This document shows, piece by piece, positions 7,263 through 11,013 of a DNA stretch of 11,013 nucleotides; position 1 is the stretch's first letter, and the number at the start of each line of letters is the position of its first letter. The stretch is taken from assembly GCA_051117555.1 (NCBI GenBank), contig JBNPEG010000246.1, forward strand, positions 1 through 11,013, given 5' to 3'. The notes beneath the pieces were generated by a model, which was given only the letters and a program-made list of their open reading frames with translations, was not told where the DNA came from and searched no databases. The position numbers and the translations under genes were made by a program. The DNA comes from Elainellaceae cyanobacterium. GTDB lineage: Bacteria > Cyanobacteriota > Cyanobacteriia > CAZCXK01.

Positions 7263-8315
7263 ATGAGCCAACCCTCTGCTCCATTGCGAGTTCAAGACAT
7301 TGGTGAACAGGGGCTTTTGCAGCGGCTCTATCCGTTTTGCCCGCCTGAGCTGGTGGGGGATGATGCGGCAGTGCTGGCGATCGCCCCTGGGCACGACCTG
7401 GTTGTGACCACTGACATGCTGGTAGATGGGGTGCATTTTAGCGTCGGCATAGCGACTCCAGACGTTTACACCACATCTGCTGCTGATGTCGGATGGCGGG
7501 CGGTGGCTGCTAACCTATCTGACCTTGCGGCGATGGGAGCCGAGCCTCTGGGGATCACCATTAGCTTAGGGCTGCCTGGGGAGTTAGAGGTGGCTTGGGT
7601 TGAGCAGCTTTATTGCGGCATGTCAGAGTGCTTGCAACTGTCCCACACGCCGATCGCAGGCGGTGATGTGTGTCGATCGCCCATAATCACGGTATCGATT
7701 ACCGCCCTTGGGCACCTGGCATCGGGAACGGCAATTCTGCGATCGGCGGCTCAGCCGGGTGATGCGATCGTGGTGACAGGGCTGCATGGGTCATCGCGGG
7801 CAGGTCTTGAGCTGTTGCTAAATCCTGATGCTGGAGTTCAACTTGAACCGGGCGATCGCGCTGAATTTATTCGCGCTCATCAACGACCCCGTCCGCGTCT
7901 AGATGTGGTGGCAGCATTGCGGGCGATCGGTGCCTTCGATGAAACCCCAGTGCGGATAGCGGGCATGGACAGCAGCGATGGCTTAGCAGATGCGATCGTG
8001 CAAATCTGTTACGCTAGTGGTGTCGGAGCGCGATTAGAGTGGAAGCATATTCCGATGTCACACGCACTGATTCCCTGGATGACTGATACCGCGATGGAAT
8101 GGACGTTATACGGGGGAGAAGATTTTGAACTGGTGTTGTGTCTTCCCCCCGATCGAGCTGATTTATTGGTAGAACGGCTCGATACCCATGCAGCCATCAT
8201 CGGCAGAATTACGCCCAAAGCGGCTGAATCAGAACCCGAAATTGTTCTGACTGATTCGGCTGGCACAATGCCGTCCCAAGTTCTCAGCCTAAGTCGGGGA
8301 TTCCAGCATTTCTAG
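7263..8315 (+). CDS. thiL: Thiamine-monophosphate kinase
   Basis: IGEQGLL, VGDDAAV, TTDMLVDGVHF, AANLSDLAAMGAEP, GGD, MDSSDGLAD, GGEDFELV and a C-terminal GFQHF. It starts 1 nt after the cyclophilin stop, so the two are probably co-transcribed. Confidence 0.97.
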   Translation: MSQPSAPLRVQDIGEQGLLQRLYPFCPPELVGDDAAVLAIAPGHDLVVTTDMLVDGVHFSVGIATPDVYTTSAADVGWRAVAANLSDLAAMGAEPLGITISLGLPGELEVAWVEQLYCGMSECLQLSHTPIAGGDVCRSPIITVSITALGHLASGTAILRSAAQPGDAIVVTGLHGSSRAGLELLLNPDAGVQLEPGDRAEFIRAHQRPRPRLDVVAALRAIGAFDETPVRIAGMDSSDGLADAIVQICYASGVGARLEWKHIPMSHALIPWMTDTAMEWTLYGGEDFELVLCLPPDRADLLVERLDTHAAIIGRITPKAAESEPEIVLTDSAGTMPSQVLSLSRGFQHF

Positions 8316-8344
8316 CAATCGGCTGAGCTTGCTACAACGCTGCA

Positions 8345-8449
8345 TATAGCAATCCCAAATCATTCATGAAAGGGGAGTGCGGGCATCTTGCCTACGTTCA
8401 ACGTCCTACCGCGAGAGCGTACGGCCATAAATCATCTGAGATTGCTATA
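8345..8449. mobile_element. MITE-like non-autonomous element with TA-flanked imperfect terminal inverted repeats
   Basis: Left GCATATAGCAATCCCAAATCATTCATG (8342-8368) matches the reverse complement of 8426-8452 (GCATATAGCAATCTCAGATGATTTATG) at 23/27 positions, with the outer 13 identical. TA lies at 8345-8346 and 8448-8449, and the element has no coding capacity. Confidence 0.75.
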
Positions 8450-8495
8450 TGCTAATCTTAATAATTGTTAAAAATTAATCGTAAAAATCCGCCCT

Positions 8496-8924
8496 ATGAC
8501 TCCTGAGCCCATCACGAATCCCCCCGTCTACACCCTCATTATGGTGTCCAACTTTTTTGCGATTATCTTCGGCATTATTTTCAAAGATATGCTGGAGTAT
8601 CAAACCGCCTATTGGAATACCAATCGTGATTCTCAAACCCAAATTCATTACAAGTCACCCAACATTATCGTTGCGTATTTAGGGCTGACCTTTTTTGTGA
8701 CCCTATTCATGGGAGCTAGCCTGTCAGTATTTGGCTTAGTAGGGTGGTTTGCAGGCTTGATTGCGGCAATTATCGTGTTGCCTACTGCTCTTTTGGTGTG
8801 GTTGCAGTTGGGGTCAATGCTCAGCTTGCTCGTGACGGGAGGCTCTGAAGCCGTTGACATCGATTCTTATGGCGCAGGCGGGATTTTTGACGTTCAAGCC
8901 TCAGAGCGTCGATCAGAATCGTAA
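8496..8924 (+). CDS. Hypothetical membrane protein (about 3 TM segments), cyanobacterial type
   Basis: 142-aa ATG ORF with three hydrophobic stretches and a C-terminal LLVWLQLGSML...GGSEAVDIDSY. It follows an AT-rich upstream region (8453-8490). The function is unknown. Confidence 0.8.
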   Translation: MTPEPITNPPVYTLIMVSNFFAIIFGIIFKDMLEYQTAYWNTNRDSQTQIHYKSPNIIVAYLGLTFFVTLFMGASLSVFGLVGWFAGLIAAIIVLPTALLVWLQLGSMLSLLVTGGSEAVDIDSYGAGGIFDVQASERRSES

Positions 8925-8969
8925 TGGGCGGCTTTGTACGCTTTATGAGGAATTTCTCCCTCACCAGAT

Positions 8970-10922
8970 CTATACGTCGGTAGTCTCGGCCTGCTTTAAG
9001 TAAAAATCAAACCTTTCTCGGAGCTGATTCACTGTCAAATCTTGAGTCCAATATTCAACAAGAGCATGACCGAGTGCCCAGGCATTGCGTGTAACTTCGG
9101 GTGATGGCTTCCCATCAGAGAGTTTGGGCGTGTCTGTCAGCACGTTCCATAGTGACAGCAATTCAAAACTCTTTGATTTCGAATCATCTGTATTCAGCAC
9201 GGAAAACAGATCATAGGCCATTTGCAACTTGCCAATGACCACAGGCAACTGCTCGACCGGAATTTGCTCAGACAGGACGTATGCAAGCGTTGGAGAGCCG
9301 GTCGTTAAGGTGGAGATAAACTGAAGCACCGGGCTTTTGAGGAATGCGGTCAACCCTTGAGTCGTCGCCATTTGGAAGGTGTAGCGATCGATAACCTTGG
9401 CGGCTGCGGTGATACGGGCGTCGCGATCGCGCAAAAATCGAGCTAACCGAAGCTGTTTAGCTGGATTAACGGTTTCTAATAAGGCGACGGACAAAGCATC
9501 CAGATTCCACGCGCTGCGATCTGTTTTAGAATCGCGGGTGACGATGGGCAAAATGCGATCGCACCGATCGCCTAATAAGTCTGACCGATACTGAGTTGCC
9601 TCACGAATGGCAACTTCTTTCGGGCGATCCCCCCTCTGCCAATTATAGGGGGGGGTCCATTCTCGAATGGGGCGGAGGCGATCCACCTGAGTCACAATGG
9701 CGATCGCAGGCAAATCTGCCACCTCTGCCTTGATTTCGTCAATAAAATCCACATCCATTTGCAATGCCGGATCGAGAGCAGGCGTGACCAGCATCAATAA
9801 ATCAGCCGTCATCGCATAGTCCAACACCAATTCTCGAAAATCTTCTCGGCTAATCTGCTCATAGCCAGGTGTATCCCAAAGATTTAGCGTGTCTCCCGTT
9901 TGAGTTTGCCACTGGTAGTTCTGAATTTGATCGGTGCTGGGCAGCACATCAACCTCTGCTTTTTCGGCTTGAAACACCGTATTAATCACGCTACTTTTCC
10001 CAGCTCCCGTGCGCCCCACGAGCAATAGATTGACGGGTTTTTGCTCAACCTCTTCAGTGGGTTCCGCTTTTTCTAAAATCTCACGCAGGCTTTGAGTTTT
10101 GGCTTTGGGCAGTTCATCGGTTGGCACGGATGCTTCCAAACCGGGCAAATGGCTGCCACCATAGAGGGCGATCGCCTGCTGGCAGAGGTTTCTCAAGGCC
10201 GCCTCTCGCAGCATTTGCCCCAAATTCACTAACATTTGCTGGGTCGCACGACTCCCCGATCGCTGACTTGCGGTGCGAGCCACTGCCGCCGCCGGGTTAA
10301 TCACCCACTGCACCCAATTCCACACTTGCCACAGTCTACGCGCCGACGGTTCAAGCTTTTGATAGACCTCATAGGCTTGATATGCCTGCCCCACCGTCAC
10401 CTGGTTAAGCACTGGCGAGAGCTTCTGCATCCATTGATCCACATCATCTACGGTGCCGCGAATCAGCCCATATGCCTGAGGGACATAGATATTCAGCAGC
10501 GGATACTTCACCTCAGGATGATAGACATTGGCGATCGCCACTACAAGATTTTGACACCGCTTCCAAAACGTCTCCCAATCATCCCAAATCGGCGGATCGT
10601 CACGAGAGGCACTTAAGACTCGCTCCAGCGCATCTTCACTCTGTTTTACTGCTTCATGCTCCGCAGGGCGTACCCCATCCTCGCCGGTCAACTCAATATC
10701 TGCATTGACATCGGTAATCAGTGCTTCCACCTGCTGCGTCATCGGCATTGTCCACTTCGCCAGCAGCCATCGCCAACCCAAAAATATCAGAGTAAAAATT
10801 CCCCAAATCCAACTGATGCCCCACTCGTGGATCTTCCATCCAGCCGCCACCAGCAAGAACCCCACGACGCCAACAACCGGAAGCACCAATATAACTAACT
10901 GCCACCACTTAAATTGAATCAT
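8970..10922 (-). CDS. Membrane-anchored P-loop GTPase family protein (MMR_HSR1 / YfjP-Era-like domain)
   Basis: 650 aa with two N-terminal hydrophobic helices and a helical middle region. GTPase motifs are G1 GRTGAGKSS, G2 PST, G3 DTPG and a G4-like TQVD. Confidence 0.85.
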   Translation of the reverse strand: MIQFKWWQLVILVLPVVGVVGFLLVAAGWKIHEWGISWIWGIFTLIFLGWRWLLAKWTMPMTQQVEALITDVNADIELTGEDGVRPAEHEAVKQSEDALERVLSASRDDPPIWDDWETFWKRCQNLVVAIANVYHPEVKYPLLNIYVPQAYGLIRGTVDDVDQWMQKLSPVLNQVTVGQAYQAYEVYQKLEPSARRLWQVWNWVQWVINPAAAVARTASQRSGSRATQQMLVNLGQMLREAALRNLCQQAIALYGGSHLPGLEASVPTDELPKAKTQSLREILEKAEPTEEVEQKPVNLLLVGRTGAGKSSVINTVFQAEKAEVDVLPSTDQIQNYQWQTQTGDTLNLWDTPGYEQISREDFRELVLDYAMTADLLMLVTPALDPALQMDVDFIDEIKAEVADLPAIAIVTQVDRLRPIREWTPPYNWQRGDRPKEVAIREATQYRSDLLGDRCDRILPIVTRDSKTDRSAWNLDALSVALLETVNPAKQLRLARFLRDRDARITAAAKVIDRYTFQMATTQGLTAFLKSPVLQFISTLTTGSPTLAYVLSEQIPVEQLPVVIGKLQMAYDLFSVLNTDDSKSKSFELLSLWNVLTDTPKLSDGKPSPEVTRNAWALGHALVEYWTQDLTVNQLRERFDFYLKQAETTDV

Positions 10923-10950
10923 GTTGCCCTCGAAGCCCTTTAAGCCAGTC

Positions 10951-11013
10951 TATAGCAAAAGAATGAAAGTAGAAGGCAAGAGGCAGTTCGCGAAGCGTTG
11001 CGCAGCAAAGGCA
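10951..11013. repeat. TATAGC-type end followed by degenerate heptamer repeats interrupted by a 21-bp palindromic (SDR-like) insert; truncated by the window end
   Basis: TATAGCAAAAG at 10951, AGGCAAG and AGGCAG at 10974-10986, the insert TTCGCGAAGCGTTGCGCAGCA at 10987-11007, then A AGGCA resumes the heptamer phase. Confidence 0.6.

Larger units (their letters stand above)
175..10538. repeat. HIP1 octamer GCGATCGC dispersed through the window
   Basis: About 20 copies counted by eye (175, 1382, 1780, 1876, 2111, 2943, 3223, 3799, 4299, 4325, 4653, 5476, 7194, 7377, 7852, 9423, 9555, 9700, 10168, 10531). Fewer than one is expected by chance. This is a cyanobacterial signature. Confidence 0.92.

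Noticed and set aside
8313..8334. Intrinsic terminator after thiL (TAGCAA...TTGCTA)
   Set aside because: The stem is short and AT-rich with no following U-tract, so it is too weak to call.
9397..10917. Small overlapping ORFs within the GTPase gene
   Set aside because: They are antisense or out-of-frame shadows with no recognisable features.

Overview
This is cyanobacterial chromosomal DNA, with about 20 HIP1 GCGATCGC octamers counted by eye. The coding content is mostly housekeeping. In order: a sterol-desaturase/fatty-acid-hydroxylase gene (-), a stand-alone sbcC (+), the accB-efp (-) / CYP38-like cyclophilin-thiL (+) divergent cluster, a small 3-TM hypothetical protein (+) and a membrane-anchored P-loop GTPase (-). 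I cannot support a new multi-gene system. The unexplained structure lies in the non-coding DNA. A 21-bp tandem array is cut by the left edge. A hairpin-rich desaturase/sbcC intergenic region carries a near-perfect cyanobacterial LexA box. A ~100-bp TA-flanked MITE-like element after thiL contains nested repeat fragments, one of which recurs 7.3 kb away. A 21-bp SDR-like insert sits in heptamer repeats at the right edge. There are also several small tandem duplications and a low-complexity insertion next to the SbcC zinc hook.
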